A program made the position numbers and the translations under genes. Shown piece after piece: positions 36,808 through 60,808 of a DNA stretch of 64,000 nt. Under the pieces are notes generated by a model. That model was not told where the DNA came from. It worked only from the letters and a program-made list of their open reading frames with translations, and searched no databases. Within the stretch, counting starts at the first letter, position 1. Every line of letters begins with the position of its first letter. Origin of the DNA: the human T2T-CHM13v2.0 reference genome, Homo sapiens; NCBI RefSeq assembly GCF_009914755.1, contig NC_060935.1; one strand, written 5' to 3'.

Positions 36808-38536
36808 TAAATCATGTTGTTTTGTTTTTTCACTGTTGAGATTTATGAGTTCTCTATATAGTGTGGATATTAATCTCTTATCATATGTGTAATTTGCAAA
36901 TATTTTCTCCAATTCTGTGGGTTGCCTTTTTACTCTCTAGATAGTGTCTTTCATTGCACAGATTTTTAAAATTTTTATGAGCCCCAATTTATTTATTTTT
37001 TGTTGCCTGTGCCTTTGGTGTCATTTCCAAGAAATCACTGTCAAATTCACAGTTGTAAAGATTAGCCCTATATTTTCTTTTAGAATTTTATACTTTTAGG
37101 TCTTACATTTAGGTCTTTGTTCCATTTTGAGTTGATTTTTGTATATGGTTAGATAAGGGTCCAAATTTATCCTTTTGCATGTGGATATCCATATTTCCCA
37201 GCACCGATTGTTAAAAGACTGTTTTTTTCCCCATTGAATAATCTTGGCACCCATATAAAAAATCATTTGTTCATATATGCAAGCATTTACTTCTAGGCTG
37301 TGTATTCTATTCAATTGGTTTATATGTCTGTCTTTATGCCAGTATCATACTATTTGATTACTACAGCTTGTAATAAGTTTTCCAGTCAGGAAGTATGAGT
37401 CTTCCAGCTTTGTTCTTCTTTTTTTAAGATGATTCAGGGTCCCTTGAAGTTCCATATGAATTTTAGGATGGGTTTTTCTATTTCTGCTAAAAGCATCATT
37501 GGGATTTTGATAGGGATTGCACTGACTCTGTAGATTACTATGGAAACATTGATAAATTCTTGTATGTTGAATCATCCTTGCATTCCAGGAATAGATCCTA
37601 CTTGGTCATGGTGTATAATCCTTTTAATATGCTGCTAAATGTGGTTTGCTAGTGTTTTGTTGAGTATTTTTGCATCAGTGCTCATAAAGGATATTGGCTT
37701 GTAGTTTTCTTTTCTTGTAGTGTCTTTGTGTGGCTTTGGTATCAGGGCCCCATAGAATGAGTTAGAAAGTGTTATCTCCTTTTTTTTTTAGGTTTGAGAA
37801 GGATTGGTGTTAGTTCTTTAAATGTTGGGTAGAATTCAGCAGTGCATCAGTTCCAGAGCTTTCATTTCTCAGGAGACTTTTTATTACTCATTCAATCTCC
37901 TTGCTAGTTATAGGTTTATTCAGATTTTCTATTTCTTTGTGATTTAGCTGTGATAGGTTTTGTGTTTGTAAAAATTTATCAGTTTCATCCAGGTTATCCA
38001 ATTTGTTGGCATGTAATCGTTCATAGCACTCTCTTATAATCCTTTTTATTTCTGTAGAGTCACTAATAATGCCCTTGCTTTCATTTCTGATCTTAGTAAT
38101 TTGACTCTTCTCCCTCTTTTGCTTAGTCCCTCTAGCTAAAGGTTTGTCAATTTATTGATCTTTTTAAAGAATCGATTTCTAGTTTCATTGATTTTCTCTG
38201 TTGTTTTCCTGTTCTTATGTTATTTCTCTTCTCATCTTTATTATGTCCTTCCTTCTGTTGGCTTTGAGTTTAGTTTGTTTTTGTTTTTCTAGTTCCTTAA
38301 ATTGCAGGTTGTTGTTTGAGATCTTTTTTTTTAATGTAAGCATTTATAGCTATAAATTTCCTCCTTAGCACTGCTTTCACTGCATTCCATAAGTTTTGGT
38401 GTGGTGCATAAAGTTACAGGTCATTATCATGTATCTGTAAGTATTTTCTAATGTCTCTTGTGATTTCTTCAATTCATTGTTTGATTTTCATAATTTTATG
38501 AATTTTTGCCATTTTACTACTGTTACTGATTTCTAA

Positions 38537-39825
<1,289 letters not shown>

Positions 39826-42800
39826 AGATTCTATTGAGGCATTTTGTGGCCTAACATATGGTCTATCCTGAAAAATGTCCTGTGTACACTTGAGAAGAAT
39901 GTATATGCTGTTGTTGTTGAGCACAGTGTTCTGTATATGCTCATTATATCTCGTTGGTTTATTGTCGTGTTTAAATCCTTTATTTCCTTACTTCTTTCTG
40001 GTTCTTCTATCTAATACTGAGAGTAGGGTATTGAAGACTCCAACTATTATTGTAGAACTTTCTATTTCTCCCTTTAGTTCTGCCAGTTTTTGTTTCATGT
40101 ATTTTGATGGTCTTTTTAGGTATATAAATTTTCATAATTGTTGTATCTTATTCCTGTATTAAACCTTGTATTTATAATATTCTTGGCTGGGCCCCATGGC
40201 TCATGCCTGTAATCCCAGCAGTGTAGGAGGCCAAGGAAAGAGGATAGCTGGAGCCCAGGAATTTGAGACCAGCCTGGGCAACATAGTGATACCTCATCTC
40301 TACAAATAATTAAAAATATTTGCTGAGCATGGTGGTACATGTTTGTGGTCCTAGCTACTTGGGAGGCTGAAGTGGGAGGATCGCTTAAGCCCAGGTGGTT
40401 GAGATGGCAGTGAGCTGTGATCATGCCACTGCACTCCAGCCTAGGCCACAGAGACCTCGTCTTAAAAAATAATAATATAATGTTCTTTTCTCTTGTAAAT
40501 TTTTAAAAAATGTCTTTAAAAAATTGAAGTGTATAGTGTCTGATGTTGGTATAAGCATTCCTGCTCTCTTTTGGTTACTATTTGCGTGGAATATGTTTTT
40601 TCCATCCTTTCACTTTCAATCTATTTGTCTCTTTGGAGCTAAAGTGAGACTCTGGTAGACAGCATATTGTTGGATTATGTTATTAAAATCAATTCTGACA
40701 ATCTTTGCCTTTTGATTGGAGAGTTTAACCCATTAACATTTAAAGTTGACTGCGAGTGGTGGTTCATGCCTGCAATCCCAACACTTTGGGAAGTTGAGGC
40801 AGGTGGATCACCTGAGGTCATGGGTTTGAGCCCAGCCTGGCCAACATGGTGAAACCCCATCTCTACTAAAAATACAAAAATTACTAACTCTGCATCTTCT
40901 CTAAGACATTATGATTACTTTCTAAATTTCCCAGTATATGCAATTGCTTTTGAATATCCTAGTCTTAAATGTCTGGCTACCAACAGGAAGTAAAAGAGAA
41001 AAATGAAGAGGGAGGGAAGGGTGCAAGCACATTAATCCTAGACAGCACTTCAGCCAGAGGGGCTTGCTACAATGGGAGGAGGTATAAGAATAATGGTCTC
41101 TGCCTCTTTTTATGCCTGTGATCAGAAGTAGCAATCAGAGCACAGATCCTAAGTACTTGAAAGACAGGGTCCTTTTGCCCCTCCTGGCTCCTGGAAGCTG
41201 CATTCCAGCTGTTCTAGGAACACGTGCACAGCTGCCTGCCATGGGGCTGGGAGGTGGGGGATGGGTAGTTGTTACTGTGCTAAGAGTTGAAATTGAACAA
41301 AATTAACCACAATTTATCATCTAAGCCTTCCCTGGGAAGTCGCAGAACTCCAATAGACTCCAGAGCTCCAAAATAGTTACATCAGACAAATTCTGCCACT
41401 GTAATTGTCTGGGTGGGGAGACAGATTCCTGATGCTTCCTACTCTGGCATCTTCCCAGAATCCTCTGGGTATTTACCTTTTAAAAAATTATTTTACTCTT
41501 TTTTTGTGTGTGTGTGGGGGGTGTCTAAGGTGGGGAGCATACTATATAGTGCTTAATCTGCCATACTTTTTTCTCTTTTTTCCTTCCTTTTCCTCGCTTT
41601 GCCCTAGTATTTTATGTAGATTGTGTTGGTTGACTTCTCAATTTTGCCCACAGGTTAAAATATATCTAAATAGGGTTATGATAGAACCAGAGGAAGAATG
41701 CTCATCACACAGAGATCCTTGATATGGAACAAGTTGTAGCAACTGATGAGACTTTGCTATGTTTATCTTTGTAAGAGTAAATTGCTCTGTGCAAGGGATA
41801 GGTGGCATTACGTAGCGTGAAGTTTTTTTTGAAAATACAGGTTTGGGAAGATCTATATTGTTGTTGGGTTAAGTCTGAAGATTCTGAGAATATTTGGAAG
41901 AGAGAGATTATAATGATGGGCCCTGAGATTTAAGTGGACTTGGAGAAAGAGGGATCAGATGGGCAATAAGAAGGTTGGGGTTAATGGACTAGAAGTATCA
42001 ATAAGGTCACAGAATTACACACAGAATGTACTCCAGTTCATATAAGTGAACTGGAAGATGAAAGATAATTGGCTAGAGAGGGATAGGGGCTTCGGAGGAA
42101 GTTTAATTACTTGTGATGAAATTTAGACTGTGACCATAACATAGGTGATTTAGGTGGGCAGGGGCAGAAAAAAGACCACTAAATGTGAGGAGAGCAGGGC
42201 TTTAGGTCATTCATGGAAGGTTGAAGCCACCAAGAATGATGGCATGTGCTGGGGAAGAGAGAAAGTGACACAGGTACTAAAATCTTCCCTGTGACACAGT
42301 GATTGGGAGATCAGTAGGCAGGACAATTAGAGAAAGGCTGGTATAGTCGAACTGATGAATTCAAAAGAGCTGAGAGGAAGGATGAGAACTAATTGAGGAG
42401 GAGCAGTGGAGGCTCACTTCTGGGTCTAACAATGAAAGCAGCCTCTGCCTAAGAGGGCTACAGGTAAGCAGTCTTAGGGGACAGCCAGAGTAAGCTGTGT
42501 CTTTAGGGGACAGTTAAGATGAAGAAGTGAAGCAAATATTCCAAATACAAGGTGCATATAGAAAAGAATCTACCGATTTTAGAAAGGAAGTGCTGGAGGA
42601 CACAGTGGAAAGGCTGGAGAGGGAAGCAGTATGTGATGATGTGGTGGTAGATGACCACTGAGGTTAGGGTCAGACTTCTTGGGATTACTATAACGAATCT
42701 GTGAGGGATGGTATTAGACTTGAAGACTCTTAAGAGGATGGTGGGCTAATGGTTTCAGGATTGTGGTTGAGGCTATATTCCTTATCTCTGCAACTGATCA

Positions 42801-43139
42801 TGACTCTGGAGGGTCACACTGGTGACTGCCCTCCCTGACCATTCCATATTCCCCTTGTCCTGTGTCACTGCCTTAGACCACTATGGTTTGTTGTCCAGTG
42901 GATGACCCAAATCTTCCTCCTTTAAGAATATGAGTCCTTATTACTCCTAGTATCTAATATCTAAGTCAATTAGGACCACAACACTAGAAAAAATTGTAGA
43001 AATGCATAAAAGACGAAAATTAATCTGAGAAAATCACTCAGAATGAAGCCTCTTTTTCAAATATACCTACTATTTTTTCTTACTGTCCTTTCTTGCTTTA
43101 TGGTTTTTAGTCTTCTCTCCATGTCTGAACATTTTAAGA

Positions 43140-50619
<7,480 letters not shown>

Positions 50620-50946
50620 TCACACCCTGGATTCTGACTGCCTCATACCCACCATACTGTTAGGACATGCTTCCATTACCCAAGGGACTTTGATTCCTGG
50701 CCCCATTCTCTGCTTCCTGAAAGACTAGCTAACACTACGCGAGGGTTCCATGAAGGGCCTGTGGGGGAAGGTGGGTGGACTGCTTATCAGCAGTGGCTAC
50801 TGTAGATGGTGCCCAAGGATGCACCAGGCCTTACTGTGCCTGGCTAAGGTGGGCTTGAAACATTGGCTGGTCTGTGAAATGCCCTTGGGGGACGGTGTCC
50901 AGACCCTCTGCTTTGTGACTAACATGCAGACTGAATAAACTGCATG

Positions 50947-50952
50947 TTTATT
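50947..50952 (-). terminator. CLPB: Candidate CLPB polyadenylation signal AATAAA (~0.9 kb after the stop)
   Basis: TTTATT on the plus strand, near the end of the unique, repeat-free 3'UTR sequence. Confidence 0.7.
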
Positions 50953-51811
50953 CCAGGCTCGTTTAGCTGGACGAGCAGTACAGACAGGGCTGAGGCTGAC
51001 TCCATGGCCATGTGGGCAGAGGTCAAACCCATGATCTCTCTTCCTACAGCTTCCTAATGTCTGCGATGTTGGTCTTTTGAAGGAGGCCCCCACAGAGCTG
51101 AGCTTGCTTGGTTATCTGGGACTGCTGCTCAGTCTGAGTAGGGGAGGGTAATGAACCAGTCAGGCCTCCTCCTGGAGGTGCCCAACACTGGCCTAGTCCC
51201 CAAGGCTGAAGAAACATGGTCTGGCCTGACCCCAGGACGTGGGGTGAGGAGGAACACTGGGCATAATATAGTAGCGGAAACAGGCAAGCCTCTATGGGTC
51301 CCTTCCCCTTAGAATTTTAGGGTAGGGAACGAGGAGGCTACAGACTAAATTGCAGAACTATCTGCACCTGGGCCTCTGAGCTCTTCCTCCACTCCCAGTG
51401 GAGCCATTCTGGGGACTGAGTTGCATGAGGACTAGCAGAGGGTGGCAGTTCAGTCTGGTCCCTGTCTTCTTCCAGCCAGCTGTGTTCTTAGCTGCCATAC
51501 TTCTGAGCTTCCTGGGAACATGAGAAAGTCTGGCGACTATGGGGGATGGGGATCATTCTGAAGGAAATAAGGGACCTCCATCCCTCCTTGCCTTGAAGGG
51601 GGTGGAAAGGCAGCTCCTCTCCTGAAGGCTTGTTAGCAGGTTATGGGCCCACAACAAAGGGGCCAGAGTAGGGCGAAATTCCTCCTTCAGGTTTTGGGGC
51701 TGAGAAGGGGTCTTCATGGGCTGTGAGGAGGTAAGCAGGCCTGAGACTGGGTAGAGATGGGAGCGGCATGAGGGGAAGGTAAGTCAGTTGCCATGCCACA
51801 GCCAAGGGGCC

Positions 51812-51817
51812 TTTATT
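51812..51817 (-). terminator. CLPB: Candidate proximal CLPB polyadenylation signal AATAAA (~36 nt after the stop)
   Basis: TTTATT on the plus strand. Confidence 0.5.
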
Positions 51818-51853
51818 GGATGGTGAGGGCACATAGGAGCAGGCAGGTGGCTG

Positions 51854-52186
<333 letters not shown>

Positions 52187-52493
52187 TCAGAGACCTCCTT
52201 TGAGCCTGAGCCTCAGCTTTCTCATTTGCCAATTGGGGCTAATAACAGCTAGCTCGCAGGACTGCGCTCAAGTTTCTGAGGCTCCCAGCCCAGTTCCCTG
52301 GTCCTAGTGGGGTTCATACTGGGCTACCCTCCAGCAGGGGTTTTACTTGGTGATCATGTGTTTATGGTTCTGAATGGGCATCCACTCTGGGTGTGAATAT
52401 CCAGCAACCAAGCTATAGGGAGGCAGGCTGAGAGCTCAGGGACTGGGTCTGGGGGGCCCTGGGGAGGGAGGTGTGGAGGCGCCTCATTTCTCA

Positions 52494-52775
<282 letters not shown>

Positions 52776-52778
52776 CTA

Positions 52779-52961
<183 letters not shown>

Positions 52962-53055
52962 TCAGTGACCCAGAGCGGGTTAGGGAAATTACCAGACACC
53001 AGGGGAAGACTGGGGAAATTATGGGGCTTCCAGATCTTTAGGATGGCTAAGATCA

Positions 53056-53193
<138 letters not shown>

Positions 53194-53953
53194 TCATAAA
53201 CTGCTTATTCCCCACATTCAGGGAACTTTGGGGGCTGTGCCTGCCCCTTGGCCTGCCCATGGAAAGAGCCCTGGTCCTGTCCATCTGTGTGGTCCTGGTC
53301 AAGGTCTAAGGCTCTCTGGGCTTCAGCCTGGTCTCCTCCTCTGACCAGGCACTTTCGGAGGCCTTTCCAGCTCTCAAGTGTATGAAGTCTGCGATTCCTC
53401 AGGGTGGGAGTTGTGTGAGGGAGGGAGAGGAGAGAGGAGAGGAAACGTCAGGATTAAGACTTGAGTCCTGACTTGGAGGAAGGGGGCTGCAGGGCTCGAT
53501 CTTGAATGGAAAAGGTGACAGACACAGCTTCCTGCTGGATGTGCTCCTTTTTTTCAGCACTCTCCATGGCCCACCTACGCAGGAAGCTGCCCTGGGTGAA
53601 CAAGGCTGTGTCCACTGCCATAGAGTTTTCGATCTGCTGTCCCCTTCTTGCACCAAAGCATCTGTGTCTCTTGCATGTGCATCTCCTCAGTCCCCTAAGA
53701 CACTGAGCAGCTTCTGGCCCCCCACCCTGGTGTAGCTCTGTCCATTCCTGCCTGGAGCCCTCTTATCACCCAACAGACTTGAGGCTTTCTTGAAGTGGGG
53801 TCTCTGTCTCTTTTGTCTCAACCCCCACTACTTGGTATGGTGTTTGATATCTGCTCAGTGTCAGCTAGGGACAGAGCTGCCCACTAGAACCTTCACCTGG
53901 GCCCAGGGCCCCAATCCCATCCTTCCCCAGGAGATAGGCTGGTGGCTTGGTCA

Positions 53954-54178
<225 letters not shown>

Positions 54179-56128
54179 CTATGTGCCTGGGCAGGCCTTA
54201 GCACTCTCAGTTCTCACCTCCTTCAGGAGGCCTCCCCAGAGCCCTGTGTCTCCCTCCAGCCCCAGCAGCCAGCTGCTTCCTCCTCTGGGTTCTCCGAGCA
54301 CTAGACTTGCACCTTGGCTGCTGTGCTCACCGCCCTGCGCTGCAACTGCTCTCCCTACTGAGTGCCTCCAGGTGAGGCTGCAGTTGCTCTCTGGCATCTC
54401 TTGGGGCACCCAACTATCCCTGGCATCCAGAAGTCAGTCACAGTTAGCCATTCATTTGTGCAACCAACACATTTTTTGGAGGCCCGCTGTGGGCCAGGAT
54501 CTGTGGTGGGGTACTGGGGTCCCACTGAGCCTACAACATGCTCCCAGTATAGAGAAGCAGTGAGATACAGGAAACAAGCACTGACCATCCAATATGTTAT
54601 GTATGATAATAAAGGGAAGCCCAGCATGCTGCAGGAATTCAGAGGAGGGTACTTTACATGGCTACTGTCAGGACTAGATGTGGTTATCTGGTGAAAATTC
54701 TTAGTAAACCATGCTGTTCAAATGTTCAGAGCTATTATTACTGTAGTAGGTGATATATAATGAAACAGGACAACCTCTTTTATCTTTGGAGCTGCCGCCT
54801 GGCCTAACAGGGATAAAAAATGAGATTGCTTCTTTAACCACCTTGGGAAGTTTCCTTGGAATCTTCAGCTCTTTCTAGAAGGGACAAAGGAGGCATCTAT
54901 ACTGGAGAAAGATGCACCAAAGAAGGAGAAAAGGAGCAAACAGTATAGGGCAGAGACAGAAGAATGATAAAAGTACAGTGTTCTGGGACCAATCAGTTGA
55001 AGGGTACAGAGCCCCGCTCACTCAGCGAACCTCAAGGGCATGACCGTACAACAGCACTTTATGTCATTTATAACAAAAGCAATGATCAGGGACTCCTTGA
55101 GAGCAAGCAATAGAGTGACAATGCCGAACACGGACAGGGACTTCTACTTTCATCACAGATGCTCTGCTTAGTGCTTTTTGTGTACAACCCCACTCCTTCT
55201 ACTAGGAAAGTGGCTCCTTGACAACAGAGGCTGGGTCTTGTTCATCACTGTGTCCCAGAACAGCGTCCGGTACAGAGTAGGTGTTTGACACCTGCTTGCT
55301 GGAGGCTGGAATCTTCACATCCACCCTTGGAGGTAGGTGCAGTTAGGACCCCTACAAAGAAACTGAGGCTCAGAGAGGATCATAACTTGTTCGAGGTTTC
55401 ACAGCTAGGATACAGTAGAGGCGAGACTTGAACCATCTGACCTCAGAGCCCATGCCCTTCCTCTGCACCAGGCTACAGAGGTCAGACCAATGGTGCTGGA
55501 TGAATGAGGCCTCGTGCTATTTTCTTTCCTTCGACAGAATTTTCTCAGAATTCTGCCAAATTCAGTTTGATCCTCACTGGAGAGATGCAACTGGGACAGG
55601 TGCTAGGGAGGAGATCTACCTGAGATTTCTTTTGGGAAGCAGAGAAAGCACAGCTCCCGCCAAGCCAGAAACCGTGGCTCTGGGGATATACATCACTGAC
55701 CTCAGCCTGTTGGCTCCTGCCTGAGCCAGGGATGCTGGGCCCTGCCCGAGCTTCAGGGTTAGCCCTTGCTTCTAAAGCCAGTGTAATGGTAAACCCAGTC
55801 CTACTCCTTAGGAGCAAAGGAGAAAGGACTGTGCATCAACCGAGCTAGCTTACTGCATGCTGGGTGTAGTTTCCAGCCTTGCTTTCCACTGGACCTTGGC
55901 AGAGGCCTTTGAGAAACTGTTAATTCCCAAAGGGTCTATACACAAGGGGCCTGGTAATCCACATCCTGGAGCTGGTCACTCTGCTGTCCCTGCCTTGGGG
56001 CAGGAAAAGGGAAGCAAGGGTGCAAGCAGATGTCCTTGAGCTTTTACCAGCAGCTTTTCACTCTTACCCCACTGCTTATGGGTTCTAATCTAACAGATCC
56101 ACTGAGGGCAGTTCTAGTTTTGGGGACC

Positions 56129-56129
<1 letters not shown>

Positions 56130-56163
<34 letters not shown>
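56130..56163. repeat. (GT)n microsatellite in a CLPB intron
   Basis: ~17 GT units. Confidence 0.95.
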
Positions 56164-56164
<1 letters not shown>

Positions 56165-56933
56165 CATGTCCAAGCATGTGCATATGACTGTGTGTGTGTT
56201 CCATACTCACTTTGCAGAGCTCATCCCTAAGGACTGGGTTCACACACTGCTATACTGGCCAGAGCAATAACCTAGCAGCAATTTCATTCTCAGAGATCAA
56301 AGCTCTGCTCATAACTGGGCCTGAGGATGGGTCCCAGGTGGGTGAGGGGAGCAGGTGCAGTGCATGACTGACCCAAAGGGTGACTTTCAGTGCTCATGTC
56401 TCCTCCTCAGTTTCCTTAGCAATAAAGATGTGTCTCAAACAGGAAGCTGTCCGTGCCTCACCTCCCTCTAACAACCAGAGCGTGCACATCTTGGGTGGGG
56501 CTTGAATGCTCACCCCAGGGTTATGGGGCTGCTTTCCCACTGTCTCACGTATGACTCCTTGGTGGGAGGAGTGGGGGCTGGGCTCTCTGGGGACTAGTCT
56601 CTTTCTGGGACTTCTGCCCTGGGGTCACCTGTGAGTGGCCAGCAGTAGACCTGCTTGGTGCTTTGATGAGAGCAATAGGGTTCTTACTTTTCTGGGCCCA
56701 GGCTTGGGAGAACTAGACTGGGTAGGGGTGAGGCTGCTTCCCTCACACCTCCAGCCTGGATTAGGTGCCCCTACAACTCCTGGCACTTGCTGCTTGTCCC
56801 TAGCGCAGCACCGACCACAGTGGACTGAACTACTTTTTAGCTGCCTGTCTCCGCACTCATTGGTCACGCCGAGGCCAGGGCTGCATCTGTTTTGTCAGTG
56901 TCCCCTCTACCCCACACAGCGCCTCATGAATAA

Positions 56934-57257
<324 letters not shown>

Positions 57258-58076
57258 TGGTTTTGCCTCCTACTTCTCTGGCGAGTCTGTCTTGACTTCC
57301 CTGATAGGTCCCAAGGCTCTGTGTATAGCCCTCTTTTCTCTGCACATTATACACTCCCTGGGTTACAGACCTCATCCATTCCTGTGGCTTCCGTTAACCT
57401 CTCTGGGCTGAAGGATTCCTGAACTGCTATTTTCAGTCAGACCTTTCCTAAACTCCTGACCCATAAAACTGATGAACGGCCCCTTGGCCATCTCCATCTG
57501 GATGTCCCTCAGGTATCTCACCTTCAACATTTCCACACCTCAGTGCCTCACCTTCCTCTTCAATCTGCGGCTTCCCACTGTGTTCGCCGCCTTAGCTGAT
57601 GGCCAACTGGCAGCAGCCAACTGGCCACCCTTGGCTCCTCCTCCTCTCCTCAGTCAACCTTCTAGTAGTTTCTCCAGCCCATGGCCTCCCCAGCTGTAGC
57701 TTGGGCTCCCCAGCAGTCTCCTTGTTAATGACCCTCTCCCTTCTCATCCATTCTTTACACAGCTGCCCACGGCATCTTTGTAAAGTGAAAATTTGACTGT
57801 TTCTTTCTTGCTTAAAGTCTTTAAAAGGCTCCTTACTCTCTACCAGAGAAATGCAAACTTCTGTGCCTGGCATTTTAACTGGGCCCTGTTTACCTTACCT
57901 ACCTTGTCTCTAGCACTCTGTCCTTGTTTTCCCTCTGCAATCGAGCAGTACTGACCAGCTGCAGTTCCCTGAGCATGCCAGCCTGTTTCATGCCCTGTAC
58001 TTTTATACATTAGGTTTCTACTGCCAGCCCCGCCACTCTGTTCACCTAGCACTTACTAACCCTTTGAAGGTTTGCT

Positions 58077-58110
58077 AACTACTGTTGAATTAAAACTACT
58101 GTTGAATTAA
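58077..58110. repeat. 17-bp perfect tandem duplication
   Basis: AACTACTGTTGAATTAA x2. Confidence 0.9.
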
Positions 58111-60112
58111 ATTAGTCAATACAACATTTCCCCTGACTTTGTGGGCTCTGGGAATGGTTCAAGTGAACATGACAAGGGCCCATCCTCAAAGAGCCTAAAT
58201 CGAGTAAACCTGGATGGCAGCTTTGGTCAATGGAACCAAGAGCATCAGAAACTATAGTAGGCTGGGGCTGGGGGAAGGGGCGACAACAGCTGCAGGAAGG
58301 AATTCCTATCAACCCCTAAAAGGCAGTCAGTGGAGTGAAGTGACGGAGGAGGGGGAGACAGGGCTTCCATGTATGGCTGATTGTACTTCAGTCAGCAGTT
58401 GCCTTCTGTTTTTTGGGCCAAGAATGCCATCAGAGGTGCCTCTCCAGGGAGACCAGAGATCAAACAGGCCGCGATGCTCACCCTCCCTCAGCGGCATGGT
58501 CCCGTCCCTTGCGTGCTTCACTGAGACGGACCTCGCTCTTTTGGCCCTAGCTGCGTGGCAGTCATTCAAGCTGCAGGATCTAGAACTGGGCTGCCTGGGT
58601 TTGAATCCTTGATTCTCTCTCCCCAGCTGCATGACCACAGGTGAATGACTTAATCTTACTTTGCTTCAGTTTCCACATCTGTTCAATGGAGGCCGTAATA
58701 ATAGCTAGCTTTGGAGGGTTGTTGAAAGGGTTAAATTGATACACATAAGCCTCTGAAGACAGCGAATGGCACACAAAATGCAAAATGCCAGCTACTACCA
58801 TGTCTCCTTTCCACCTGTCTACCAGGCAGAGAGCTCCAAGAGGGCACATTCGGGTCTGGTCATAGCTGTGCACTTGAATCCCATCAAGAGGCTGGAATGG
58901 AGTAGAGGCCTCAGTGTACACGTGAGTAACTGAGTATGTGACCTCTGAAGGACTGGTCTCTTCTTCCTCAGCAGAGGTTCAGGGGCAGGGAGCAGCTGAA
59001 GGGCTAGGAAGATACAACGGAACGGGCAGGGGCAAGGAGGCTGGGCCAGGTGGGGAAGGCAGTGAGCAGCTGGTAGGAGATCTGGATCTGGATCTTCCTG
59101 GCTTGGTACCTGATGTGCTGTTCGGTCTGGAGGAGTCCCCTCCCTGTGGCCTCCTATGACATGGGAAGCAAACCACCTTTTTGTTTTCCTAGGGCTGCAG
59201 GAGACTAGGTAGAAAGGTGAGCTGGACTCATGGCCAGGTGCTAGCTAATATAGCCCCTGCATGAGAGAAGAGAGGCCTCATCCCCGGTTCAGTCCTTGGC
59301 TCCTCACGCTCTCTTGATGGAGCAGGGCCCCTGAAAAGGTGGAAGTCATCTTCTTCCGTGATCGTAAGCAATCCCTCGCCTGGTTCAAGGTAAACAGTGG
59401 TATGGGGGGAGAATTGGGGCTCTGGGATCAGACATATCTGCAGCCCAATCTTGGCTCTTTACACAGCAGCTGTGGCCTTAGGCATGTCTTTTATAACCTC
59501 TCTGAACCTCAGTTTCTTCATCTGTAAAAAATGAGCTAATTTCTCCCTTGCCTGTTAGGAATTTTTCTACCTACCTTGTGAGGATTAGTGATAATGGCTG
59601 TAACGTCTTTAGTACAGGTCTAGTACACAGAAGGTACTGGATAGAAGTAAGCTCTTCTCTCCATTTAGAACTTACCCCTACGAGCAGGGGAACTGGACAG
59701 TCTGTGAGAACCCTCAGATTCTCAGAAGAGAAAGGCTCCATGAATCAGAGTATCAGCATCTCACCATTAGCAGCAACAATATTAGCATTTTAAAGAACTG
59801 CAGGAGACAATGTTTGGCACACAGGGAGGAACAAGAGCTGTCTGAGGCAGAAGGATTTTTGGGGCTTCTCTGATTCAGCCTCCTCGTTTGTCACATGAGA
59901 TCTCTGATGCCTAGAGATGGGCAGTGACTTGCCAAGGCCACAAAGCCAGTCAGGAGCAGAGCTGGAACTAAAAATTCATGTCTCGCTCTCATGGCACCTC
60001 TGCCATACCATGTCTCTCTAGAAGGTGGGCTGAGCAGCCACACAATTTCAACTCTTAGGCAGGGCTGGTCTTCGCTTGAGTGCCCCACCCAGGCCCTGGT
60101 GCAGAGGGGCTA

Positions 60113-60505
<393 letters not shown>

Positions 60506-60763
60506 TTATACGCTATTAAGGTTGCCTCTCTCAACAGAGATGATTGGCTGTCCATCTCCTGGTGTGGCAGATAGATCTTCTCTATGTTTATTCTTCAGAG
60601 CAAATCCTATGTGAAACAAATCAGTGACCCTGCTGCACACCTGTGCTCCCAACGACAAATCCCAAGGCTGCTGGAATTATCTGAGGCCCAAATGACAAGA
60701 CCCCGGCAGTCATGCTGACAAGCCCTCCAAACCATGCTTCAATCAAGGACTGTCATCACTCAC

Positions 60764-60808
60764 CTCGTGTCGCTCCTGGAACTCGGACATGTCCAGCCTG
60801 ATGAAGCC
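60764..60808 (-). CDS. CLPB: CLPB exon (GFIRLDMSEFQERHE); upstream exons, including Walker A, lie beyond the window
   Basis: AG/GT flanks, 45 nt; IRLDMSEF ClpB motif. Confidence 0.95.

Noticed and set aside
58105-58115. PHOX2-like motif TAATTTAATT on the minus strand in a CLPB intron
   Set aside because: Falls in an AT-rich repeat end and the tandem duplication; an isolated motif without support
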